The notes under the pieces: model-generated | What the model was told of the DNA's origin: nothing | The model's input: only the letters and a program-made list of their open reading frames with translations | The model's database searches: none | Assembly: GCA_951406725.2 (NCBI GenBank) | Contig: OX597818.1 | Span: 11,284,001-11,348,000 of the forward strand | Origin: Octopus vulgaris | Taxonomy: Eukaryota | DNA length: 64,000 bases | Direction: 5' to 3' | Position numbers and translations under genes: made by a program | Part shown: in pieces, positions 1-13,611 of the stretch | Position numbering within the stretch: position 1 is the first letter of the stretch | Layout: every line of letters starts with the position of its first letter

Positions 1-1364
1 TTTCAAGAGAACAGTAGTCATTTGATTTCTAGGTAGAAACAAATAGAAAATAACACTTACTGGCCAAAGACAAAAAAAAAAAAAATTTGTTACGCAGTGT
101 TATTTAATCTTAGAGTATCTAAGACCACATTTCTATTGTTTACTTTTCCTTTTTTTAAAAAATATGATGGGCTGAGATTTGCAGGAGATTTTACTGCTGT
201 TTGTAGCAAGTCTAATAATCATATAAATGTTCTTTCAAGATTGAAAAGATAACTGTGGGAAAAACATTAAACTCTGATCCTGTGTTTAAAAAATACTTAT
301 TTTGGTAATATGAAAATATGCAAATTTACCAAAAACTTCACCACCCATGGCTTAATAGTCATGGGAAAATAGATGTGAAATAGAGACATGAATAGAAAAT
401 GATACTGTTGATAATAAAAGTAATAAAATTATTGAAAATATGAAAAAATAGTGTACTTTTACGTGTCATCAGATGAAATAGAGACAACATTGAAGGCAGG
501 GCTTACGATTATAGACAATATACTACCCAGAACTTCACTCTATTTCGTTTTACAGTATATCAAGTTGTACTTGTTTTCTGTTTATTTGCAACCCAATTCC
601 AGCCAGTGTTGATTACTCTTAGCCTACTAATTTTAGTGACTAACCTTGTGAACCAATGAGGGACTTTCTATACTGTTGGTCAACTTGTTTGCATTACCAG
701 CAAGATTTCCCTCAAATTACTCCCCCATATCTTGAATAAAGAAGGACATATTGGACAATGTAGTCTCTGATATATGACCATTGATCATAGGTCTCTTTGA
801 TCTCTGCTGAGCTTAGGCTAAACTACAAAACCTGTCAGATGGGTGAAATTATCCAATCTTCTTCTACCCCTTATACAGTTTCTGCTATTTGAAATGAGTT
901 TTTATTTGGGCTTTCATGTTCGATTAGAAATAGCTGGTTTCTAATGATACTTCAAATAAGTTTAATTCCTGAAACTTCTGTATTTATCTTCCATCTCTAT
1001 CTTACATTCTACCCAGAAATATATTTACCTGACAATAGTTAAACCTGCAGCCCACACACTCTCTCTCTCTCCCTCTCTCTCTCCCTCTCTCTCTCTAACT
1101 ATTTCCCCTCTTATCTATTCCTCCATCTCTCTGCTTAATCTTTTTTCTATCAATTTGTTTTGCTCTCTCTCTCTCTCTCTCTCTCTCTCCCATTCCTAAT
1201 ATTTGATATTTCTACCATATCTTTCTATCTTCTACCTACGTATCTATTAAACATAGAAATGAGAAAATCAGAGTATTGATGGCTGGAAGCTTCAATTTTA
1301 ATAAGTTAGCAAACTAATGCATAGTACTTTCACCTGTTGTAAATTTGTTCAAACAGGCACACAC

Positions 1365-1395
<31 letters not shown>

Positions 1396-4300
1396 TAGTC
1401 TCTCAAAGCATAGTTGTACTTTTCTTTTATTTAGGTATATAAATACTAAAGTAATCAATGCACAGCTTTGGTAAAGGAGTGTGTAGAAAATGTCACATGT
1501 GTTAATAGCTAACTATGTAGCTACACAATTATTCAATTCTCTTTTCTATCTCTGTTTCACATCCATTCAGGATAACTAGTGGCCCCATTTGGATACCTTT
1601 GCAGAACTGTAGTGTGTTCAACCTGTCTATCTGTGTCTATGTGTGTGTGTGTGTTGGTATATTGTTGAATATTTAGCACCAAATCAACCCTGATCAAGCA
1701 AACCTACATTCAAAGCCATTTTCCACCCTGACTAGCTATCCTTTTCATTGGCACAATATATCTAGGTCCACATTAACTAGTACATCTGTCTTTTCCGAGA
1801 TGGTTGGGTATGATTTGAAAGAAATTTCACTGCTATTTTTAAGAGATCAAAATCTTTTTTTGTGTTACATGTTGTCACATCATCATCATCATCATCATCA
1901 TTTAATGTTTGTCTTCCATGCTGGCATGGGCGGGACAGTTTGACTGGAGCCGGCCAGGCAGAAGCCTGCACCCATTACCTATGTGAATATTAACATTTCC
2001 TCAGTTAACATATATATATGTGTGTGTGTTTAGTTGAAGGAATAACTTGACTCATACCATGGCTTCATGTGGCTGACTAAATACGAGTAACCTTCAGTTG
2101 GAGATGCATACACTTTACATGGAGGCATACTTGCTGGCTCTAATTACTAGTGTCAATTATGAGAGTTCTTATTGTTCAGTCAAAAGTACTATGTACTTAC
2201 TGGATTATTGTGTAAGTGGTTGAGTATTCCAAAGACACGAGGAAGAGATAAAACTGTCCCCTCTAAATCACCAGCTTTCGTTCATCTAATAGTTTTCCAC
2301 ATATTTGTTTACCTAGTTCCTATTACAAGGCTCAGGTTGACCTCAACCTGTCATAAAAGACACTTGTTGAAAGAATGCTTTTTAACTGATCAGCAGTGGC
2401 TGTGCTTACACACAAACATACCTATGCATGTCTATGTGGAGCCAATTGCAATAGAAGAGAAATGAATCTCTTATAATAACAAATCTTAAATAATTAATAA
2501 TCCATGTTAAAACATTGACAAATTAATCCTCAACAGACAAGGTGAAGATTCCTATACATCTTACTTAAAACTCTTAAGTGATGTTTGAAACTATAGATAT
2601 TGCAATTTCTAAAATTAAACCCCAACCAGTCTGTTTATGCAGTCAAGCTTTGCAAAATTGATTTCAATGGGATTTACTTGTAATAAACTTGTGCTTCAAC
2701 AATAATAACAATGATAAACAATGCTATTTATTTTGATTACACATATGGTCAATATTTTTGAGAAGTTATGGATGTAACTGACAAAGGGAATGATAAGTTT
2801 TGTGAGGAATGAGGTATTAATGATTGAGTTAAGAGATGCATCAGTATCTATGACTTTCTGTGAATCAACACTACAGTAAATATAGATACTTACGTACAAA
2901 TCTCCCTCAAATCTGTTATTTCTAGCATTCTGAGCATCTTAAAAAAGGAAAAGCAAATTATATATTGCACTTTGAATGAAAGATGGAATGGTCCTGTGTG
3001 GAATGTCTGGGTCAGAAGTCTATTTGATGAGAGAAACCTATGGATAAACACAACTGACATTTATTTTATGCACTTTTGTATGAATCTGTATGGCATTTCA
3101 AATAATTTTATCTTGTTTAACTTTGTCAGCCCTGCGCTTATATTAGTATAAATACAAGCTGTTTATTTGTTATTGGCTGCAAGCTAACTTCACTAAGTCG
3201 TATGGTAGGCTGGCTCATCAGTATGGATAGAGAAAATCAGTATGTGTCACTCAAATCAGTGATGTTACCAAATATATTTTTCATTACAAATCCAATATTA
3301 TATTTTAGTAATTCTTAATATCTTTCAAGCATATTTACATCTTATAGAGTTAAAGCAGTAGACTGGAAGATCATTAGGGTTAAACAGAATGCCTCACAGT
3401 ATTTGTTGTGGCTCTTTACATTTGAAATAAATTCTGCTGTGATCAACTTTGCCTTCCATTATTTCAAAGTTGTCATTGTCATCATCATTGTTTAGCATGC
3501 TTTTTCCATGCTGGCATGGGTTGGATGATTTGTTAAGAGCTAACCAGCCGAAGAGCTGTTCAGACCCCAGTTTTCTGTTTTGGCATGGTTTCTACAGTAA
3601 AATGCCCTTTTTAACATCAACCACTTTACAGAGTGTGCTGGGTGCTTTTTTCATGCCACCCTAAAATGTAATAAAATAAATTAACTGTTGAAAATAGAAT
3701 TGGCAGAATTCTTAGAATATAAAACAAATTACTATGCAGTATTTGTTCTGGTCCTATTTATTCTGAATTTACTTGCAATAGTATGGTACCAAGGATATGT
3801 CAGTCATTTCTCTTTCTCTTGGACAACATTGGCAGCATGGAGAAGAGAGATTTGCTGCATGGACAACCATAGGTTTTGTATATAAAGAATTTTATTAGGC
3901 TAGCATTCTGGAGAGGAATTTTCCTACTTTAGATACTTCAGTTCATTTATCTCAATATATGTTGTTCAAAATTGCATTGTAATGTTTGTTTCTATTTTAC
4001 CCTTCTGTGTTAAAGTAGTAGTTAAGTAGAGAAACTGATTTAGTCAATTAACCTCTCTTCTTAAATTTATATCATTATGCCTCTTTTAGAAACAAATATT
4101 ATGATCCAATGTAATCTTGATTCTGTGACATTCTTTAATTGATTCTAAATAGCAGTTTTTATCTTTGATTACTATATATACTGTGTAAAATATCCATTTT
4201 ATCTCTTTTCTTTTTTCAAATTCAATTTCTATGTAAACTCCTACACTTTTTTAACCAGTCTCTTCAATGTTCCCCCTTTATCTGATGCTTGTGAAGTAAA

Positions 4301-7300
4301 TCACTGAAATCATTATTATGTTAAGTAAGATGGTGAGCTGATAGAGTCCTTAGCAGGATGGATGAAATGCTGAGCAGTATTTTGCCAATTGCTACATTCT
4401 GAGCTCAAATTCCACCAGGGTGAACTTTGCTTTTCATCCTTTTGGGGTCAATAAATTAAGTACCAATGAAACACCAGGGTCAATGTTAGCAACTAATCCC
4501 GCCTCCTCAAATTTCAGGCCTTGTGCCTTTAGTAGAAAGGATTATTATTATGTTAAGCACCAGACAAAATGCCTAATACTACTTGTTCTGGCATTTTATG
4601 CCCTGAATTCAAACCCTACTGTGATCAATTTTGCACACTTGCATTCCTCCAGGGCTGATAAAATAACATACCATTCAAATTCTAGGTTGATGGTCTCAAC
4701 TCTCTGCTCCCAAAATTTGCTGACCTTGTGTCTGTGCAAAACATCATTAAAATGTTGCGGTTTGACAGAATCGTTAGAGCATCAGACAAAATGTTTTATA
4801 GTCTGAGTTCAAATCCTATCAAAGTCAACTTTAACTATCTGCAATAGGGGTTGATAAATTAAAATGCTAATCAAGTCTTATTATTATTATTATTATTGTA
4901 TGTGTTCTTAGTTTCTCAGATTGTTTTAACCATGCTAAGGCCAAACTGGAGCATCATTATTTTATGTGTGTGTGTGTGTTTGTATGAGTGCGTGTGTGTA
5001 TGACCCTTGAAATTTAGGATTGCAGAAAATGTTTTCAATGAAACTATATTTTTATTTTATATTCATACAAGAAATTATCTCCACTTCCCCATCCTTCTCT
5101 ATTGTTATCTTTATAATCACTGTAGTCATCATGATTATCATCATCATCATCACAATGTCCTTGACATCATAATTATCATTATAGTCATCATCATCATTCT
5201 AATCTTCATTACTGTAATCATCATCATTGTCATCATCAATATTATTTTGTTAGTAAGCTTCTTTATTCATTTTGTGACTAGTTGTTTGTTTTTGCTTCCA
5301 ATATGTTTTTGAAAAATACTTAAAGCAAAACTCAAGTCTTTGAGGCAAGAGCATGATGAATAGAAACCCTTGAGAATCATAACATTTATAAGAACTTTTG
5401 AAAGAATTTTTTTGTTGTCTTTATTCCCCTTCTTTGTGCACAGAAAATTTTACCCAATCTTTTGAGTGTGTGTGCGCGTATGCATATATATAATCATTAC
5501 CATTTAATATCCATTTACATGTGTGTGTATGTATGTAAGTATGTATATATGTATGTATGTGTTATATATACACACACACGTGAATACACACACATGCATA
5601 TTTGTATGTATAGATGTAACGATGATGATATGTATTATATGTGTGTGTGTTTACATATGTATGCATGTGTGTATACACACACACACACACACACACACAC
5701 ATATGTATGTATAAATATATATATAAATATTAATTTAACCATTGTTAAATTTCCATGATACATCTTAAGTTTTATAAGACTTTTCTATCATATTAAAAGA
5801 CTGATCCTTCTCATCTCTGAATCAACAACAGCAATTCATCTTGTCTTGATAAATACTTCCAGTTTTGCAGTTTATTCTGTTCTCTTTTATTTTATTTCAT
5901 TTCATTTTGTTTTATAGATTTCTTTCTAAACATTTAAAAATTCTTCCTTAACTTTTATTTAACATCATCATATCAACATAATTCAGACTTGAAGTATCAT
6001 ATGCTTTTATTTGGTGAAAAAGTAAATGACAATATGATTAAGTCTTTGAAATTTTCAACTTCTTTTGTTTGTCTACTCATTTATCATTGTGTGTGTGTAT
6101 GTGTGTGTTGTAATAGCTGTGTCTTCAATAACATTATAAGTTATTGCACAAATTTTTATTCTTTGTTATTTTTTGTCTTTAGTTTTCCTCTTCTCATTGT
6201 AAGTCATATTAATCCTTTTCTTAACTTCAATTTAATATAAATTATATTTTCAACATGTTTTTTTTTTAATATATTAATCAGTCAATCAATATTTATTTTG
6301 AGCAATAATATGACAGAATTATTAGAGTTGAAAATTAAAAATCATTTTCAAATATTTAGTTTTATCTCTAAAATCCTACCTTCTTCTGAAATTGACTTCA
6401 GTTTTCACTCCTCTGGGCATCAGAATTTGCCTTTTCATCTCTTTGGCACAAATAAAATAAATGCTAATTACAAACTAGAGTAGTTGAATCAACTGACTAA
6501 CCTCCAGTCTTACAATTCTCCAGCCTCGTGCTGAATTAATATTTTTAGAAACTAATTCCACTCTTAGCATTTTGGGGTCATATCCTATTATAGACATCTT
6601 TGCATTAATATAATTTCTAGCAATGTACTGGGGTTAATTCAATTAACTGTACCAATTTGCTCATCAATACATATCAATATTAGGTTGCATTGATCAGATT
6701 TGAGGTCAGATACTTTGAATGAGTTTTTCAACCAAATATGAACAAAGTTGGGTAGCCTCTGTCAACTCTATGAATATTTTGCAAGCTACACTTATTTGGA
6801 TAAGATAGCATGGAGAAGTATGAGGTATGAGAAGTACTGACAGTTCAAGCAAAGCCCCCCTGTGTGCGTGTGTGTCCTCCTGCTTTTCCTTTCTGATAAA
6901 GGTCATTGCTCATTAGTATTTTCATCTGTCTGCAGCATGCAAACTTCCCCAAATTTGCAGATTTTGTTAACAGACTTGTTGCTGTCATAAGCCATCACTA
7001 GTTTCCTCAAACGTAAGCCACTTCTAGTTTCCTCTGGTTTTTATATCTGAAATATTTTAAGCAAGATTTGTTATTAGCTAACTTCTATCTGCAATGCCAA
7101 AGTAAAGATATTATTATTTCAATCAAGTGAGGTGGCAAACTGGCTGAATCTTCACCATGCCAGGCAAATACTTGGCAGCATTTCATTTGTTTTTTCCTCC
7201 TGAGCTCAAATTCTGCTGAGGTTGACTTTACTTTTCATAATTCTGGGATCACTAATATAAGTACCAGTTGAGCACTAGGGTTAATGTAAACAACTTACCC

Positions 7301-9299
7301 TCTCCCCCAAACTTGCTGGCCTTATGCCAAAATTTGTAACAAATCTTTCAACCAAGCCTTGATGTTTTGAGGTAGTCTCTATCAGCTTTGCTAAGGTAAA
7401 GCTATGCAATGGAAGTATCTTATTCAATGCTTCAAAATGACAAGATTGTTAGTCTACTCTTAGAGGAGCCATGCTTTCAAATATTGTAGGCCAAAATATA
7501 TACTAGTTCATTCAAACATGAACTGTATGAATGTGGTAGTCATAATAAGTGCCCTGACTAACCTGATAATACATTCTATATCAATCATTCTAATTTGTTG
7601 TTTTGCTTCAGGTCTTCCATTATTAAGTAGACTTATGGCCAAAAGCTTTCCTGTTGTCCTTCTTGCTTTTTTTTTGTGTGTTTTTTAGACATATTATTTA
7701 TATACAAGACTGTATTGTTGGCTGTGTATTTCTTTTTCGAAGATGGTACAGCATGATTTAAGAAAGCTATAACTGCTTCCCAAACCATATAGAGACCCCC
7801 TCATTAGTTTTTATTGCTGATGTTATTGCCCTCTCTTTATCCCTGATCAAAGAGATATTGTACTCCAAGGGGTTCCATCCATGATTATCTCATCATTTAA
7901 CTTTCAAAAATATCATATAGAAGTCTATATCATGTTTTCTACCTTTTGATTCTGGATGTGATATGGTGGTAAGGTGAGATTTGCAGGAAATATCACTGCT
8001 ATTTCTAGAAAGCAAAATGATGTTATAGAGGTTCCTTCTTTAGTTCATAACCCAGACATATATAGTGACATATGTTTTTCAAATACATAATCATGGAATG
8101 TTTGCTAAAACTTAAGACATTTCTTTTCTCTAGAATTGAACATATGACCTGTGAATTTACAAAGTACACTCCACCTACACAGAGAGTCTACTACTGAAAA
8201 CAAGTTGAGAAATGCCTGCCTTAATAGATCTCAAATGATTCAGTGTTTAGTAATGGGTGATATGATTTATTGGGCTAATCTGCTTTGTTTGACAGTAATC
8301 TTTATAAATTGCTCCCAAATCATTGAACCAAACCATTGTTTGCAGCATAGCCATTACCAGTTGCAATTTTAATGTATTCTTGTCTTTATTCTCTTATTCT
8401 TCTGTCCAAAGAAAACTTCATCCAACCTTTCCCATCACTTGCAGGTTAAGGAGGTAGATAGTAGTAGTTTTGTTGCTTTTTTTGTTTTTATTTCTGTTTA
8501 TCTCTTTTCAGTTTTTTTTTCTCTTGTGAAATTTTCTTATAACAATCAGAATAAGTAATGGTAGAATAAAGTACAAGTTTTTTTTTCTTTCTTTGTACAA
8601 AACTAAACATCACTTTGTGATAATCAAACCCATTTTGACTGTTATAATTTTCTATTATTTTTTTTTAATGTATTTTCACCTCTTTTTGAAATTGTTTGAA
8701 GCATCCTGTTTTTCATTCTGATGTAATTGCAATGGATAGCTTAAAAGAAGTTCAATATGTGCACATTGTTTCGCGTAGCCAGTGTCTGATTTTGATTGAT
8801 TGGTTAATTTCTATCAGTGATTACTCAGCTATAAAGTGGATAGGTCAACAGCATGTTGGACAAGTGTCTTTTACCATATATTTGGGCTGACCTGACTCTT
8901 ATGAATGGAATTAGTTTAAAGGGAAACTATGCAAAAGTTTGTCAGATGGACTGTAACTATTTTGTTCTTCTTTGATAAACATATCTATCACATGCCTTAA
9001 CACTACCACCTGATCCTTGGTGCATTAGAGTCTACTGTGTTGCAAGCATCTGACCCACCAGATTTTGGATATGCTGCTCCAAAGTATAAGTTGTTTTTTT
9101 TTTCTCTGCTGCTCTGTTGGTGGCTCTGCAAAAAAAGAAATCTTGATTGTTAACTTTCTCCTTTGCAGAAGATATGAAAAGTTATTATAGAATGGAAAGA
9201 ATTTGTAGTTTAAATAGAAAATATAATTAAGAAAATGATATTTAAGAAAATATTATGTAATTACACTTTATTTAAAACACAACTTAAAGAAAGTATCTC

Positions 9300-10060
9300 T
9301 TATCTTTTATTGGTTTTGGGCTTGAGGGGGAAGCTATGCTGAGGTACTTCCTTAAATAATTTTTACTCAAATGAATCAATGCCAGTACTTTTCTTTAAGC
9401 CTGGTACTTATTCTATTGATTTCTATCATCAAACTGCTAAGTCATGGGGAAGTAAATACATCTACACCGTTGTCAAGCAGTGGTGGGAGACAAACACAGG
9501 CACATAGTCACACACACACACACACATATATATGCAATGGGTTTCTTTCCATTTCTGCCTACCAAATCAACTCACAAGGCTTTGGTTGTCCCAAAGCTAT
9601 AGTAGAATACACTTGCCCAAAGTGCTATACAGTGGAACTGAACCCAGAACCATGTGGTTGGGAAACAAGCTTCTTGCCACACCTGCACCTACATAGTATA
9701 TTCATTATTCTTTTGTTCTTTTACTTGTTTCAGTCATTTTGACTGCAGCCATGCTGGAGCACCACCATCTAGTCAAAGTAATCAATCCTATGACTTATTC
9801 TTCATAAGCCTGCTACTTATTCTATCGATCTTTTTTACTGAACTGCTCAGTTATGGGAACGTAAACACACCAACATCGGTTGTCAAGCAATGGTGGAAGA
9901 GAGAAACATACTATATAGGTGCAAGTGTGGCTGTGTGGTAAGAGGCTTGCTTCCCAACCACGTGGTTCTGAGTTCAAGTGCAGTTGATTTGAGATTAAAT
10001 AAATAAGTGCATAGCACTTTGAGCAAGTGTATTCTACTACTGCCTTGGGACGACCAAAGC
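9300..10060. mobile_element. Cluster of three SINE family 1 copies or fragments (-, -, +)
   Basis: ~9300-9690 (-), ~9715-9905 (-, 3' half), ~9917-10060 (+, 5' half). Confidence 0.75.
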
Positions 10061-10921
10061 AGTATATGAAGAAAAGAACCACTTTCTGAATGGTATTCGT
10101 ATATATCAGACTGCATTGTCTAAAATATTCTATTCTAATTTAAGACAGTAGGATGTGATTTGAGGAAAATTTGTTTACTATTTCTAGCAGTTTGAAAGAC
10201 TAAGTAAAGTTCACTCATTGGCTCAAAATAAACTCTGATCAAGCAAATATTAGTGGAATGCATTCTAGTCATAGTCATCCTATATTTTGTAAATTTGGAG
10301 TTACAGTGTTTTATACTATTTTTGATGACAGACAGATGTGATTTGAAAGATTTTGCTACTGTTTCTAACAATTACAGGTATGTTCACTGCCATCAATTCA
10401 CCATGAGGAAAGTTTACTGCAAAAATATATCTATATTATCTCATCATTAATAATTAAAAACTATTTTATTGAATACATGATGAGGAATTGATAACAGTGA
10501 ACTTTCCCTGTAGAGAATTGATAATGGTAAACTTACAGGACATAATTTCTAACAGTGCTAGTGAGAGCTTCCTTGTTGGCAAGACCAGCCAGCATACATT
10601 GGTGTCATGTTAGTTGTTGGACAAGCACTGAGATCACATTACTTGTTAGGTAGTTATATAGGTAAAAACATCTTTCTTACCCTCTGTCTTTCTCTTTCAC
10701 TTTTCTTATCTGTCTGTCTATCTAGGTAACTGTCTAACATTTTCTATTTCTTTCCTTCAGAGAATGGTTGGTGTAAGAGACCTTGTGAGATATGCCATTT
10801 AGGGAGAATGTGATAGATAGTGAATCTGACAAGTAGAGTTTCAGTTATATATATAGAAATGCTTATATTAGCATCATAACAATAGGGATATGAGTGTGAT
10901 TTGTATGTACGTGTGTGCATG

Positions 10922-10955
<34 letters not shown>

Positions 10956-10992
10956 AACACATACATATACACACAAATGAGAGTATATTCCA

Positions 10993-10996
<4 letters not shown>

Positions 10997-11087
<91 letters not shown>
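10997..11087. repeat. (TA)n microsatellite
   Basis: Seen directly. Confidence 0.95.
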
Positions 11088-11088
<1 letters not shown>

Positions 11089-12173
11089 CATTTATATCAT
11101 TGATTTCGAATTTGATCTGAGTCACTGCTGTTTTGATTCTCTGATGAAAGCAAAGGTCATTTATGAGTGTCATAAAAGTTTGAACATCAGAATGATGTAG
11201 TCTTAGTAAATCAATAACTGGTTTATGTAACAAATTTGCAATATCATTTTAAGGAGCATAATGCAGAAGTATTTGTGTTCATATAAAACTGCACAAATTG
11301 ATCTTAAATTTGAAATGCAGTGATATTTTTAATATTCCTTCATAATATTTAGAATTTGTTGCTTTTGTTTATGCATATTTGATGTTTGTGTGTGTGCATG
11401 TATATATGCATGCATGTGTATGTGTATTTGTGTGTATCATGTATATAGATACATGAGTATGTGTGCTTATACATGAGTGTATGTGTGTGCGTGTGTACAC
11501 TCACACACACATGCATAGGTGCGGGTGTGGCTATATGGTTAAGAATTCTGCTACCAAACCACCATGGCTTCAGGTTCAGTCCCACTGCATGGCACCTTGG
11601 TCAAGTCTCTTCTATTATAGCCCCAGGCTGACCAAAGTTGTTTGAGTAGATTTTAAGCTTGGTAGACAGAAACTGAAAGAAGCCCATCATGTGTGTATGC
11701 GTAGATAGATAAATAGATGAGTAATAATTTTCTATTCAGGTACACACCTTGTAGTATGCCAATCACATGGTTGTTTTATGGTTTTATTTAACAGTGTTTT
11801 TATTATCAGTGTATAACATATTGTTTCATTTACCTATTTTCATATTATATTTTTTTTTTTTTCGATTCTTGCTAAGTTATCTTATTGCTTATATGAGAAG
11901 AGTTCTACATTATGACCCAGTTCCTCAGGTAGACATGTAGTACGCTACAACTACCAAAATGCAGTATAATAGAAATAAGTGAAATGGAGATTAAAAAATG
12001 AGGTACCTTTTGACAAGTCACCTGAGGAGACATATCTTCACCTATGATGCACTACAACTGTTTGTACAGTATCTCACCTGCAAGGCACCTGTGCATGATG
12101 AGTTTGAATGATTGTAGTGACTAATAAAGAGTCTTGTGAATTCTAATTTCTTTCTCACACACACACATATATA

Positions 12174-12563
12174 GGTGCAGGTGTAGGTGTGTGGTAAGAA
12201 GCTTGCTTCCCAACCATATAGTTCTGAATTCAGTCCTACTGCATAGCACCCTGGGAAAGTGTCTTCTACTGTAGTCTCAGGATGACCAAAGCCTTGTGAG
12301 TGGATTTGGTAGATGGAAACTAAAAGAATCCTATTATATATATATGATGTGTGTGTGTATGTCTTGTCCCCCTCTCATTACTTGACAACCAGTGTTGGTG
12401 TGTTTATGTCCCCGTAACTTAGTGGCTCAGCAAAAGAGACTGACAGAATAAATACTAGGCTTAAAAAAATAAGTCCTGGTGTTGATTTGTTTGACTAAGA
12501 CCCTTCAAAGTAGTGCTCTAGCAAAGCCAGTCAAATGACTGAAACAAGTAAAAAAAATAAAAG
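12174..12563 (+). mobile_element. SINE family 1, full length
   Basis: Same head, body and tail. Confidence 0.85.
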
Positions 12564-12571
12564 AATATATG

Positions 12572-12604
<33 letters not shown>

Positions 12605-13021
12605 CATGTATATATGAATATATGTATCTATTTGTATATGCATGTGTGTGTGTGAATGTGTATTTGTGCCTCCATCTGTTGACATCATGTGATATTTGTA
12701 AATGCATGTCACAGCCATACTATGAATAGTATTCAATTCCAATAATGTCTTGCCAAATGGAAATATTACCTTGTTTGGAAACAGGTGAGGGTTAGCAATA
12801 GGAAGGGTATCTGGCTGTAGAATACATGCCTCACAAAACTTCATCCAACTCATGCAGACATTAAACTCAGTCTGCTGGTGGGTCCTGGAACAAAGTGCCA
12901 GCTGCCCCCACCTCATAGGGCCCATTAAACTGATGATGATGATACATGTATATATGTGTGTGTATGTGTATGTATCTATGTATGTGTGTGTGTACATACA
13001 TACATATATATATATATATAT

Positions 13022-13611
13022 AACAATAGTATTAAGGAATGACCCTGACAGGCCGTTCAACTCACTTGAAAGAGCAGCTTAACTCAAACCGCAAAATAGT
13101 AGTAATTCTGAAACTAAAGGAGAAATAAAAACATTTATCCCCTTCAACTTTGGACTATGCATAGTTTCGACGTTTTTACGTAATCGAATTTAATTAAATT
13201 AAATCCGTTTACGATTGGCTTGTCTCATCAGCAAAGTAGCCAAGGAAAAGGAAAATATATACACACGAGGCAGCACCATCGAAGCTTCGAGTTTATATAT
13301 CCTAAATTTTCGAAATCCACCGTAACCGCGCCATCTACTCAGCAGCAAATATAAACTGCTGATACAATTTCAGAATTAGTCAAAAAATCATTAATTAATC
13401 AATATAAGGGTAGCAAAAAAATTCAAGAAAAATTTTCTGCAACCAGCGGTCAAGTGAGAAAGTAGAAATAGTCACAGACTATATAATATATTCAACAATA
13501 GTATTAAGGAATGACCCTGACAGGCCGTTCAACTCACTTGAAAGAGCAGCTAAACTCAAACCGCAAAATAGTAGTAATTCTGAAACTAAAGGAGAAATAA
13601 AAACATTTATC
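13022..13611 (-). mobile_element. Hammerhead-containing retrozyme/Penelope-like unit; 472-nt period with 118-bp terminal direct repeats
   Basis: 13022-13139 repeats at 13494-13611 with one mismatch. Flanked by (TA)n on both sides, CpG-rich compared with its surroundings, contains the ribozyme and no long ORF. Confidence 0.75.
13147..13237 (-). ncRNA. Type I hammerhead ribozyme
   Basis: Minus strand reads ACUUUG-CUGAUGA-GAC[50-nt insert with hairpin]GUC-GAAA-CUAUGCAUAG-UC/CAAAGU. All core nucleotides are present, with a 6-bp stem I, G10.1-C11.1 pair, palindromic stem III and a GUC cleavage triplet (cut between 13153 and 13152). Confidence 0.85.

Noticed and set aside
3190-3225. Other CTGATGA matches (~467, ~3215, ~25889, ~26064, ~27722, ~50007)
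   Set aside because: No GAAA and stem architecture; some lie within the mariner.
5007-5758. ORFs rich in I/Y/C/V/H/T (also ~10744-11645, 16767-18767, 48813-49265, 55775-56966, 58792-59108)
   Set aside because: Translations of TA/CA/CT/CAT microsatellites, not genes.
9169-9210. Strong acceptors at ~9168, ~17053, ~36760, ~60965 and ~61817
   Set aside because: No convincing donor or Robo-like reading frame follows.
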